A stretch of 64,000 nt of DNA from the sequence record NZ_CP044066.1; one strand, given 5' to 3'. Position numbers and translations under genes: made by a program. Below are positions 29,665 to 38,954 of this stretch, piece after piece. The DNA is from a plasmid. Position 1 is the first letter of the stretch; each line of letters begins with the position of its first letter. The notes under the pieces are model-generated. The model did no database searches, was not told the origin of the DNA, and was given only the letters and a program-made list of their open reading frames with translations.

Positions 29665-30030
29665 TGGGCTCCATGTGGCCCTTCCTGAGCCATTGACTGG
29701 AAACACCATGCATCTGTTCGAATCGGCATGCTGGCATTGGCATAGAACACCATTTCGAATGGGTCTCGGCCTGGGCGTGGTCGTCGCAGGTGCGCTTGCC
29801 CTCTGCAGCCGTTGTTTCGCCGGATAGTATCCCCGGACTCGAAAACATCCTGAGGCGCATTCTCTCCCCCGCCGGACGTAGGCCTTTTTAACTGTCGAGT
29901 AGTACAGACAGTCCCGAATCACGCGAGACCTCAGTAGGTCAGCTTCACTGCCACTGGCAGCACGTCCGGCACGCCGGCGACGTCTACGGAAGCCAGGGCA
30001 AAAATCTCTACCAACCCACAAGGATCCTTC

Positions 30031-30495
30031 ATGGATAAATCGAAGATACCGGCCGAACAACGAGCCGTCCTCGGCATGCTTGCAGACGACCATCGTGCGG
30101 TTAGAAAACTGTTCAAGCAATTCAATAGCACCGGCAATGACAAGGAAAGACAGTCGATCGCGGCAGAGACATGCCGTCAGTTGACTGTACATGCACGGAT
30201 CGAAGAAGAGATCTTCTACCCCGGACTCCAAGGCCAGTCCGATAAGATTGATGCCATGCTGGATGAGGCGGAAGTCGAGCATGGCGTGGCTAAAAATCTT
30301 GTCTCCGCGATCGAATCGGGTGAGTCCGACATGCTGGAAGCCAACTACACCGTGCTTACCGAATACGTTGGCCATCACGTCGAGGAGGAGGAAGGCGAAC
30401 TGTTCCAGGCGGTGATCAAGGCGAAGATCGATTTGCGCGAGATGGCCGCACAGCTTGAGCAACGTAAGCTCGCGCTGATGGGCGAAGTCGCTTGA
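30031..30495 (+). CDS. Hemerythrin HHE cation-binding domain protein
   Basis: 'LADDHRAVRKLFKQF...HARIEEEIFYP...EHGVAKNLV...YVGHHVEEEEGELF' carries the H/E ligand spacing of hemerythrin-like domains. AAGGAT before the ATG. Confidence 0.75.
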   Translation: MDKSKIPAEQRAVLGMLADDHRAVRKLFKQFNSTGNDKERQSIAAETCRQLTVHARIEEEIFYPGLQGQSDKIDAMLDEAEVEHGVAKNLVSAIESGESDMLEANYTVLTEYVGHHVEEEEGELFQAVIKAKIDLREMAAQLEQRKLALMGEVA

Positions 30496-30722
30496 TATTT
30501 CCCGAATTGGGTAGCCGACGGACGCCGCAACTGATCGCGCTGGACAAGCTTCTCAAGCCCTGAGGGCTGCGAGCTGCCGGCTCGATATCCGTTTACTTTT
30601 GCTCGCCCAGTAGCGGGCTTTTTTTGTCTTCGGCCAGGGAGATGTGCGCCGTCGCTAGGTGGTGGAACGACTGTTGCGTTGAGAGGTAAGTCCCAGCATG
30701 GGGCGACACCGAGGAGACTGAC

Positions 30723-31840
30723 ATGAGGGCACTCTGCTGGCATGGAAAGCATGATGTTCGCTGTGACACGGTTCCCGATCCGGGCATCGAGCATCCGCGG
30801 GATGCGATCGTGAAGGTGACAAACTGTGCGATCTGCGGTTCGGACCTCCATTTGTTCAATGGATTCATTCCCGGCATGGAGAGCGGTGACATCCTCGGCC
30901 ATGAGTTCATGGACGAGGTTGTGGATGTAGGCGCGGAGAACCATCGCCTGAAGGTTGGTGATCGCGTGGTCGTCCCGTTCACCATCATTTGTGGGGAGTG
31001 CGATCAGTGCCGCCGCGGCAATTTTTCCCTGTGCGAACGGACCAATCGCAATAAAGATACCGCTGATAAGGCCTTCGGGCACACAGCGGCCGGTCTGTTT
31101 GGCTATACCCATCTCACTGGCGGGTATTCAGGTGTCAGGCTGAGTACGTGCGCGTGCCCTACGCCGATGTCGCAACTGTCGTAATTCCGGAGGGCATCAT
31201 CGATGAGTCAGTGCTTCTTCTCGGCGACATCCTTCCCACGGCCTGGCAGGCCGCTAAGCAGTGCGATATCCAGCCGGGAGAATTGGTAGCGGTATGGGGT
31301 GCCGGCCCCGTCGGGCAGTTCGCGGCGCTGAGTGCGTTGATGCTCAACGCAGGTCGGGTGATCGTGATTGACCGCGTCCCCGAGCGTCTGGCAATGGCCG
31401 AGCAAATCGGCGCCACTGCATTGAACTTCGATCATGTCAACGTGGTGGATGCACTCAACGAACAGACGGGCGGTAAGGGCCCAGATAAGTGCATTGATGC
31501 GGTCGGGCTGGAGGCGCATACGTCCGCCTCCATGGATTCCATGTATGACCGTGTGAAGCAGGCACTGATGCTGGAATCGGACCGCCCGCACGTCCTACGC
31601 GAAATGGCATACGTCTGTCGGCCAGGAGGAGTACTGTCGATTCCGGGCGTGTACGGCGGAATGGTCGACAAATTCCCTATGGGCGCGATCATGAACAAGG
31701 GGCTAACGATACGAACAGGTCAGACCCAAGTGAACCGCTGGACCGACGACTTGTTACGCAGGATTGTCGAAGGGGAGATCGACCCGTCGTTTGTCATCAC
31801 GCATCGGATAGCGCTCGAGCAGGGAACCAGAGATGTATAA
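30723..31840 (+). pseudogene. Zinc-dependent alcohol/formaldehyde dehydrogenase family, interrupted by a single-base deletion frameshift near 31133
   Basis: The N-terminal part (30723-31184) reads '[12 protein letters not shown]...[16 protein letters not shown]...[12 protein letters not shown]' then runs out of frame. The C-terminal part (31148-31840) resumes at '(Q)[11 protein letters not shown]...VWGAGPVGQFAA'. The expected 'tcaggtgGtcaggct' is observed as 'tcaggtgtcaggct'. Confidence 0.75.
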
Positions 31841-32056
31841 GACGTTCCGCGACAAGAAAGATGGTTGCATTAAGGCGGTTATTTCGATGTAGCTGGCGTT
31901 CAAGGCCGCCGGGGAAGCAATTCCCCCCTCGGTAGCCTACTGTAGTAGTAGCCGTCTCGTTCTTCTGAGCGACGTTCGTTGTCTAATCGTTTCATCACCC
32001 AGGCTCTGTCATGGATACCTTGCCTGCGTTATTACAACCAGACCAAGGGAGTTGCC

Positions 32057-33136
32057 ATGAGAATTGCACAGATCGCGCCCCTCGCTGAGCGCTGCCCCCC
32101 CAGCCTCTATGGCGGGACGGAGCGGATTGTTTCCTATCTGACGGAAGAGTTGGTTAGGCAAGGCCACGAAGTGACATTGTTCGCTAGCGGGGACTCTATT
32201 ACCCACGCGGCACTCGTTTCGAGTTGTGATGTTGCGCTGCGACTGGGTGTTCGAATGCGAGACCCGCTGCCGTATTACATGATGATGCTCGATGAGGTAG
32301 CCGCTAGAGCCGGGGACTTCGACATACTTCACTTCCACATCGACATGACGCATTACCCGTTGATGCGGCAGGTGCCTGCTGGGTTTGTCACGACCCTGCA
32401 TGGACGTCTTGACCTCCCGGACATTTCGCCCTTCTACGCTCACTTTCCGAACTTCCCATTGGTGTCCGTGTCCACCGCGCAGCGTTCGCCGATGCCGGCG
32501 GTGAATTGGGCCGGCACTGTTCTCCACGGCATCCCGGGTGCGCTGCTGGCGTACCGTGCAAAACCCGCCGGTGGCTACCTTGCGTTTCTAGGCCGCATCT
32601 CGCCGGAGAAGCGCCCTGATCATGCTATCGCCATCGCGGCGAAAGCCGGTCTTCCCCTCAAGATTGCCGCAAAGATCGACGAAGTAGACCGCGCCTATTG
32701 GGAGAGCACCATTCAGCCGCTGTTGGCGGCGTATCCCCAGGCGGAATACATCGGTGAGATCAACGAGCACGAGAAAGCAGAGTTTCTAGGGAATGCTTCT
32801 GCCCTGCTCTTCCCGATTGCCTGGCCAGAGCCCTTCGGACTGGTAATGATCGAGGCGATGGCGTGCGGCACACCGGTGATCGCGTTCGACTGCGGCTCTG
32901 TCTGCGAGGTCGTTGATCCCGGTGTAACTGGCTATATCGTCCGGACAGTCGAGGAGGCAGTTGCCGCCGTGCGAAAGATTCCAGACCTCCCGCGCGCAGC
33001 TGTCCGATCGGCGTTCGAGGCCCGTTTCACTGTCGAGCGGATGGCTCGCGATTACGTTCGAATCTATCGGCAATTGTCACTATCCGATACCAGCGATGCG
33101 CCGCGCGATGCGCCCGATGAACTCGTGCTCGCCTAA
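32057..33136 (+). CDS. GT4-family glycosyltransferase (glycosyl transferase group 1)
   Basis: ATG at 32057 after AAGGGA. 'MRIAQIAPLAERCPPSLYGGTERIVSYLTEELVRQGHEVTLFASGDS' is a GT4 N-terminal domain. 'EPFGLVMIEAMACGTPVIAFDCGSVCEVV' is the GT4 C-terminal EX7E region. Confidence 0.85.
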   Translation: MRIAQIAPLAERCPPSLYGGTERIVSYLTEELVRQGHEVTLFASGDSITHAALVSSCDVALRLGVRMRDPLPYYMMMLDEVAARAGDFDILHFHIDMTHYPLMRQVPAGFVTTLHGRLDLPDISPFYAHFPNFPLVSVSTAQRSPMPAVNWAGTVLHGIPGALLAYRAKPAGGYLAFLGRISPEKRPDHAIAIAAKAGLPLKIAAKIDEVDRAYWESTIQPLLAAYPQAEYIGEINEHEKAEFLGNASALLFPIAWPEPFGLVMIEAMACGTPVIAFDCGSVCEVVDPGVTGYIVRTVEEAVAAVRKIPDLPRAAVRSAFEARFTVERMARDYVRIYRQLSLSDTSDAPRDAPDELVLA

Positions 33137-35364
33137 TGAGGGACAAGAATCCCATGCCTTTAGAATCGCCCCCCCGGCTCGCCAATGCTGCACTGGTCAA
33201 AGGTGCCCCCCATGTTGCACAGTTTTATATTCCTACGTCGGCCTCCTTGCAAGAGCGCCGGCCGCGGACGCTGAAGCACGGAGATACTTTCGGGCTGTTC
33301 GATCATAACGGCGACGCGGTTGGCGCATTAGGCAGCCCTGAAGGGTTGTACCACTTAGATACGCGCCATCTGTCTTTCCTACAACTTACGCTCGACGGCG
33401 CCCGACCCATGTTGCTGTCTTCCACCTTGAGCGACGACAACTCGGCATTGACCTGTGATCTCACCAATCCCGATCTATCGGACGTGGAAGGAAATCTGAG
33501 GTTGGAGCGCGATTTGATTCATATACGCCGCACCCGATTCCTCTGGAATGGCACGTGCTACGAACGCATTATCGTGCGGAATTTTGACGAGTATCCCCGT
33601 CGCGTGCGATTCGACATAAGCTTCGATACCGATTTTGCCGACCTCTTTGAGGTGCGTGGAGCTCTGCGCCCGCGTCGGGGAACATTGCATGCGGTAAAGA
33701 TGTCCGAAGAAACGGCAACCTTGGGCTACACCGGCCTGGACAACGTTGTCCGAACTACGCAGGTGAGCTTTCATCCAGTCCCGCTTAACATGACCGGAGA
33801 CTGCGCGAGTTATGAGTTGATGCTTGAGCCGATGTCGGCGCAAAGACTCAGTGTCGAGATTCGATGTGCATCGCTCTCTGAAGAGCCCACAGGGCCAAGA
33901 ACGTTTCTGATGGCATTGCGCCAGTCCCGGCGAGAGTTGCAACGTATGTGTCGCCCCGAGGCTTTCGTCACTTCGTCCAGCGAGATGTTCAACGAACTGG
34001 CACGTCGCAGTGTGTCCGATCTGCATATGCTGCTGACCAATACGCCGTACGGCTTGTATCCGTATGCTGGGATCCCTTGGTTCAGTACGGCCTTCGGGCG
34101 CGACGCGATCATTACTGCCTTGCAGACACTATGGATGGACCCTCATCTCGCACGGGGTGTACTGCAATACCTCGGAGCGAAACAGGCTAAGTTCGTTGAC
34201 CACAAGGCTGACGCAGAACCAGGGAAAATTCTGCACGAGACACGCCACGGTGAGATGGCGCTGCTTGGGGAGGTTCCGTTCGGCCTTTATTATGGGAGTG
34301 TCGACGCCACGCCTCTGTATGTGGTTCTTGCAGGCGCGTACCTGCAGCGAACGGGAGACGTCAAGACCATCGCCGCGCTATGGCCGAATATTCTCGCTGC
34401 TCTTAACTGGATCACGGAATATGGCGACCGTGACGGAGATATGCTCGTTGAGTATGGCCGACAATCGCCGGATGGCCTCATCAATCAAGGGTGGAAGGAT
34501 AGTCGCGACTCCGTGTTCCACGCGGACGGCAAGCTCGCCCCCGGCCCTATCGCCCTCGTCGAAGTGCAAGCATATGTCTACGGTGCATGGCTAGCTGCTG
34601 CGGCAATCTGCGCGGCGCTTCAAGACACGTCGGGGGCTGCAACCTATACTTCCAAGGCTGAAGCACTACGCGAGGCTTTCGACGCGCGATTCTACGACGC
34701 AGAGCTGGGGACCTACGTTCTTGCTCTCGATGGGGACAAGCGCCCGTGCAGGGTGAGCACCTCCAATGCGGGACATGCACTCTTTACGGGTATCGCACGG
34801 CCTGATCGCGTGCCATCGGTCATCGCCAAGCTGATGGGCAACACGAGCTTTTGTGGTTGGGGAGTTCGGACAGTATCCACAGATGCGCCGCGCTTCAATC
34901 CTATGAGCTATCACAACGGCTCCGTGTGGCCACACGACAATTCGCTGATTGCGGCAGGTATGGCCCGTTATGGCTATCATGGCGAGGCTGGGCGAATCTT
35001 CGAAGGCCTGTTCGCAGCCTCTGGATACATCGATCAACGCCGTCTGCCAGAGCTTTTTTGCGGATTTCCTCGCCAGCGCAGCCAAGGCCCGACCTTTTAC
35101 CCTGTGGCATGCGCCCCACAAGCTTGGGCAGCTGCGGCGCCACTTCTGCTTCTGCAGGCTTGTCTCGGCTTGGACTTTGATCCGCACGGGCCTGTCATCA
35201 CCTTCGATGCACCATCCCTGCCCGGATTCCTCGATGAAGTCTTTCTCGGCAACCTGAGTGTCGGCGATGGGAGTGCGGATGTTGCGATCCGCCGTATGGG
35301 CGGTCGAGTGGTCGTTGATGTGATGGCACGCCGAGGTGAAGTCCGGGTGCTGACGCGAACCTAA
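33136..35364 (+). CDS. Amylo-alpha-1,6-glucosidase / glycogen-debranching-enzyme-like protein (GDE_N + GDE_C type)
   Basis: 742 aa. 'GIPWFSTAFGRDAIITALQTLWMDPHLARGVLQYLGAKQAKFVDHKADAEPGKILHETRHGEMALLGEVPF' and 'GLINQGWKDSRDSVFHADGKLAPGPIALVEVQAYVYGA' match the six-hairpin glucosidase region of this family. Its ATG overlaps the GT4 stop (TAATG), which indicates translational coupling. Confidence 0.8.
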   Translation: MRDKNPMPLESPPRLANAALVKGAPHVAQFYIPTSASLQERRPRTLKHGDTFGLFDHNGDAVGALGSPEGLYHLDTRHLSFLQLTLDGARPMLLSSTLSDDNSALTCDLTNPDLSDVEGNLRLERDLIHIRRTRFLWNGTCYERIIVRNFDEYPRRVRFDISFDTDFADLFEVRGALRPRRGTLHAVKMSEETATLGYTGLDNVVRTTQVSFHPVPLNMTGDCASYELMLEPMSAQRLSVEIRCASLSEEPTGPRTFLMALRQSRRELQRMCRPEAFVTSSSEMFNELARRSVSDLHMLLTNTPYGLYPYAGIPWFSTAFGRDAIITALQTLWMDPHLARGVLQYLGAKQAKFVDHKADAEPGKILHETRHGEMALLGEVPFGLYYGSVDATPLYVVLAGAYLQRTGDVKTIAALWPNILAALNWITEYGDRDGDMLVEYGRQSPDGLINQGWKDSRDSVFHADGKLAPGPIALVEVQAYVYGAWLAAAAICAALQDTSGAATYTSKAEALREAFDARFYDAELGTYVLALDGDKRPCRVSTSNAGHALFTGIARPDRVPSVIAKLMGNTSFCGWGVRTVSTDAPRFNPMSYHNGSVWPHDNSLIAAGMARYGYHGEAGRIFEGLFAASGYIDQRRLPELFCGFPRQRSQGPTFYPVACAPQAWAAAAPLLLLQACLGLDFDPHGPVITFDAPSLPGFLDEVFLGNLSVGDGSADVAIRRMGGRVVVDVMARRGEVRVLTRT

Positions 35365-35584
35365 TTCGTCCCGCTTAAAGAAAAGGGCGGGCGTAGCCGC
35401 CCTTCTCCGTCTGCTGTTCTTCGCTATCGGCGCGTCACGAGTGACGCGCCTGGTGCGAAAACGAACGGCAAATCAGAACATGGCACATGGGCGCGTATCC
35501 CTGCTACAGAGGAGGCCCGCTCACCGTAGGAAATCCGGGGCAGCGACAGTCATATGCTTTGCCGCCTCTGCATAGGGGCGCGCA

Positions 35585-35818
35585 TTACACGCTTTGATCG
35601 CCTTTTTCGCGGCCAGCGGTTTGCTGGGGTTCGCGTTGTTCTTTCTTGTCATCGTCTTCGAGCTGCGCATCGGTACCGCCCTCCTCCTCTTCTGGCTGCG
35701 TTCCCTGCTCGTCCTGCTCCTGAATTGGGAGCGCCCCGCTCTTGTCCTTTGCGCCGTCAACTTCGTCAGGTTGCTGCGGCTTGCCCTGCTGCTGATTCTG
35801 TCCAGGTTGCTGTGCCAT
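35585..35818 (-). CDS. Small highly acidic, disordered hydrophilin-like protein (77 aa)
   Basis: ATG at 35818 preceded by AAGGAG at 7 nt. Product 'MAQQPGQNQQQGKPQQPDEVDGAKDKSGALPIQEQDEQGTQPEEEEGGTDAQLEDDDKKEQREPQQTAGREKGDQSV'. Confidence 0.55.
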   Translation of the reverse strand: MAQQPGQNQQQGKPQQPDEVDGAKDKSGALPIQEQDEQGTQPEEEEGGTDAQLEDDDKKEQREPQQTAGREKGDQSV

Positions 35819-36230
35819 GATGAACTCCTTGTCGTGGCTGAATGCCACATGAGGGTAGTCGCAAGGCGCGTACCAACTTGGGAACGTTCGTCTCCCAGAA
35901 AGAAAAGAATCCGCGACGAGCCATGGTCATGCTGTGGAGAGTCTTCCTCAAAAGCGACGGCCATTGACCAGTTCCACATCTCTCGTATTTGTACCGGTAA
36001 CGAACCTTCTTCTTGTAGTAATCGGTGGACCGACGGTGCGTTGCCCTCCCCGGTTCGATGCCCTTCTGGTTGCCCGGATAGTGGACGAGATCCGCTCATC
36101 CAAGGGAATCTCAAGGCCCGTAGCGGGACGCTAGTGATTTTCCGGCCGGGGTAACTGAGCTCGTGAAGCATCAACGTGGGCTGGGTACAGAGCTTGCGTT
36201 GGTGTTCAGACTAATGAAGGGGCATCGTCC

Positions 36231-37442
36231 ATGAGTCATCCGAGCGGCATGCATCAGAAATCGTTCCATATTCTGCTGGGGGTGGTGACGATTGCCTTCT
36301 TCTGGCTCTTGCTTCCTTTCTATGGAGCAGTGTTCTGGGGCGCGGTGCTCGCCGTCATCTTTGCGCCGGTCCAGCGGCGCCTCGTTAAGCGCCTTCACGG
36401 CCGACGAACCATCTCGGCACTGCTGACGCTGCTACTTGTACTTGTGCTGGTCATCCTGCCACTCTCTCTCGTCACAATCTCATTGGTGGATGAAGGCGCA
36501 AATCTGTACGAGAAAATTCGAGTAGGTCAGATCGACTTTGGCGTCTACTTTCAGCAAGCCTTCGAAGCGCTACCACAGTCTGTGCGAGCGACATTGCTGC
36601 GCTTTGACATCGGAGGTGTTTCAGACATCCAGGACAAGCTAAGTGCGAGCGTGATGCAGGCAAGTCAATTCTTAGCCACGCGCGCCTTGAGCATCGGCCA
36701 GAACGCCGTACACCTTATGATCGGGTTCGGGATCATGCTTTACCTGTTGTTCTTCTTGTTGCGCGATGGCCCGGCGCTGTCGCTCAGGCTGCAGCTTGTC
36801 GCACCACTCAGCCCATCACATCAGCAGCATCTCATTCGCAAGTTCACCACGGTGGTTCGCGCGACAGTCAAAGGCAACATCGCGGTTGCGCTTGCACAGG
36901 GAGTCCTGGGCGGAGCGATTTTTGGAGTGCTCGGAATCCAGGGCTCCCTTCTGTGGGGCGCGCTCATGGCGGTGCTGTCGCTTCTCCCAGCGATTGGGGC
37001 GGCACTCATCTGGGCTCCGGTCGCGATCTACTTCTTGCTGACAGGAGAACTGGTGAGCGGATTTATCCTGCTGGGATTCGGTGTGCTGGTCATTGGCCTG
37101 GTGGACAACGTTCTGCGACCGATTCTCGTCGGAAAGGACACCCAGATGCCGGACTACGTCATCTTGATTGCCACGCTGGGCGGTATGGCGCTTTTTGGAC
37201 TCAACGGTTTCGTCATCGGGCCGCTCATCGCGGCCCTCTTCATCGCAGCCTGGGACTTGACCAGCTTCAGTACCAGCACGACCACCACTCTGTCGCAGGA
37301 CGACCGCGGTGCCTATGCAGGGTCACTGGATGAACTGACGCCATCCGAAGTTGGTGGCGTGTACGCAAAACCCTCGTTGCAAGGCTCGCTTCACCAGCAG
37401 GTGGACCTGGGCCAGCCTCGTTATCTTCTCACGAGGCGCTGA
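36231..37442 (+). CDS. AI-2E family transporter (PerM/YhhT-like permease)
   Basis: 403 aa polytopic membrane protein. 'FHILLGVVTIAFFWLLLPFYGAVFWGAVLAVIFAPVQRRLVKRL' and the overall architecture fit the AI-2E (PF01594) family. Confidence 0.8.
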   Translation: MSHPSGMHQKSFHILLGVVTIAFFWLLLPFYGAVFWGAVLAVIFAPVQRRLVKRLHGRRTISALLTLLLVLVLVILPLSLVTISLVDEGANLYEKIRVGQIDFGVYFQQAFEALPQSVRATLLRFDIGGVSDIQDKLSASVMQASQFLATRALSIGQNAVHLMIGFGIMLYLLFFLLRDGPALSLRLQLVAPLSPSHQQHLIRKFTTVVRATVKGNIAVALAQGVLGGAIFGVLGIQGSLLWGALMAVLSLLPAIGAALIWAPVAIYFLLTGELVSGFILLGFGVLVIGLVDNVLRPILVGKDTQMPDYVILIATLGGMALFGLNGFVIGPLIAALFIAAWDLTSFSTSTTTTLSQDDRGAYAGSLDELTPSEVGGVYAKPSLQGSLHQQVDLGQPRYLLTRR

Positions 37443-37634
37443 GTCGGTTTGTCGGACATGGCATCGGCAAAGGATGCGCTATCCGGGCATGAGTCCCCCG
37501 AATCCGCCCGAGGTGCGAGTACGCTCTGGTACGACTATTGCGGGACAGATAGCGGCAAGCAAGCGGGAGTCTCAGTCGTGAGGGTGGCAGTGCCGAGGCT
37601 TCCTGCGGTAGTTCAGTGGCTAGGAGATGATGTC

Positions 37635-37895
37635 ATGGAACGGACAACAGAGTATCGCGGTTTCGGCATTCGCGTCGAGCTCGAGAACGTAGCTAAGGAT
37701 ATGTTTGATGTATGGTTTCAGATCGAGGGGCCGGCATCGTCGCAAGGTACGAAGTCGATTGGGGAACGTACAAAAGTCTTCGCTGGCCCATATAGCCGAC
37801 GCTGGGCCTATCTCGTTGCAGAGCTTGGCGGCCGAGCTGCGGTGGATGTCGTCCTCAGTCTGGGCTTACTCCCGCAACAGAAGGACGTAATCTGA
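37635..37895 (+). CDS. Hypothetical small protein (86 aa)
   Basis: ATG at 37635 preceded by TAGGAGA at 7 nt. 'MERTTEYRGFGIRVELENVAKDMFDVWFQIEGP...'. No recognisable family. Confidence 0.4.
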   Translation: MERTTEYRGFGIRVELENVAKDMFDVWFQIEGPASSQGTKSIGERTKVFAGPYSRRWAYLVAELGGRAAVDVVLSLGLLPQQKDVI

Positions 37896-38014
37896 AGCGT
37901 CGGCGGTGTAGCGAAACCGCAGACGCGAAAGGCTCTGCCCGTGTGAGCCAATCGACGAACGCAGAACGTTGAACTCGCTAGCTATAACGACGCCAGCACG
38001 AAGCCGGGGCGGTG

Positions 38015-38875
38015 TTACCAGGTGGAGATGGCCTTTGCTGTGAAAACCGGCATCTCGATTCCAGCGGGCAAATCGACACATGCTTGGACGGTTACCTGAG
38101 GACGCTCAGAATCCACACTACCAAAGATTGCGGCAAATGGCATGGCGGAGGCATCAACGCCGGTGCCGATGCGTAGCAATCCGGTTGGGATCGAGATGCC
38201 GGACGGATCTAGCAGGTACCATCGGTGAGAAAGATAGACTTCCACCACCGCATGAAAGTCAGATGGGCTTCTTCTGGTGTCTGCTCCATAGTCCAGGCTG
38301 CTTGACATGCGTGCGGGAATGCTCAGCGCACGACAGATTGCTATCATCAGGTGCGCGTAGTCGCGGCAAACGCCGGCACGTTCGACAACAGTATCCAAGG
38401 CCGATGTCCGCTCGTTAGTTGAATGCGAGAGAAAGCGGACGTGATTTCGGACCCATTCTCGGATCGCGTAGACGCGGGCATATCCCTGGCGCATGGTGCC
38501 GAACTCACGCATCGAGAATTCCATGAGACGGTCCGATTCGCAGTAGCGACTGGGGGTTATGTACCTGAGAACTTCGAACGGAAGTTCCGCAACTGGGATC
38601 TCAGCTAACGATTCGGTCTCGTCGAGCGCGTGGTCGATGTTTACTACGGCCTCGTAGCTTACCGTGAAGGGTCCTCTGGGGACTCTCAGCCTCAGCAGCC
38701 GATTGCACAAGACAGGATCGGTATAACGGCTCGCTATGACTGAGGGCGGAACTTCCATTCGTTCGAATACCACGGACTGCCGAGCAGTATTCGCCGCTTC
38801 AATATTAAGAATGAAGTCCGCCCAAGCATCCTTAACGTTGTAAGAAAGTTGCACAGTGTATTGAAGTCGATTCAT
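38015..38875 (-). CDS. Transglutaminase-like family protein (Bact_transglu_N + Cys-His-Asp core)
   Basis: ATG at 38875 after AAGGGGAAG. Catalytic triad contexts 'AGVCRDYAHLMIAICRA' (Cys), 'DFHAVVEVYL' (His) and 'YLLDPSG' (Asp). Confidence 0.8.
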   Translation of the reverse strand: MNRLQYTVQLSYNVKDAWADFILNIEAANTARQSVVFERMEVPPSVIASRYTDPVLCNRLLRLRVPRGPFTVSYEAVVNIDHALDETESLAEIPVAELPFEVLRYITPSRYCESDRLMEFSMREFGTMRQGYARVYAIREWVRNHVRFLSHSTNERTSALDTVVERAGVCRDYAHLMIAICRALSIPARMSSSLDYGADTRRSPSDFHAVVEVYLSHRWYLLDPSGISIPTGLLRIGTGVDASAMPFAAIFGSVDSERPQVTVQACVDLPAGIEMPVFTAKAISTW

Positions 38876-38954
38876 CTGGCTTCCCCTTAAGTGAGCGAGT
38901 CTGGTTCCCGAGTCCCGTTCCTCGCCCGGTGCTGAACGCCATCTAGATCTTCGC

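Noticed and set aside
29698-29827. Possible 40-aa membrane mini-protein 'MHLFESACWHWHRTPFRMGLGLGVVVAGALALCSRCFAG' between the Mn-catalase and hemerythrin genes
   Set aside because: It has no RBS and no conservation evidence. Left as speculative.
29593-30462. 289-aa minus-strand ORF spanning the Mn-catalase 3' end and the hemerythrin gene
   Set aside because: It overlaps two genes with clear family signatures, has no recognisable domain, and its composition is typical of a GC-rich antisense frame.
35521-36174. 217-aa minus-strand ORF rich in Ser and Arg
   Set aside because: It is low complexity and has no RBS. The real small gene in this interval is the acidic 77-aa ORF at 35585-35818, which has AAGGAG.
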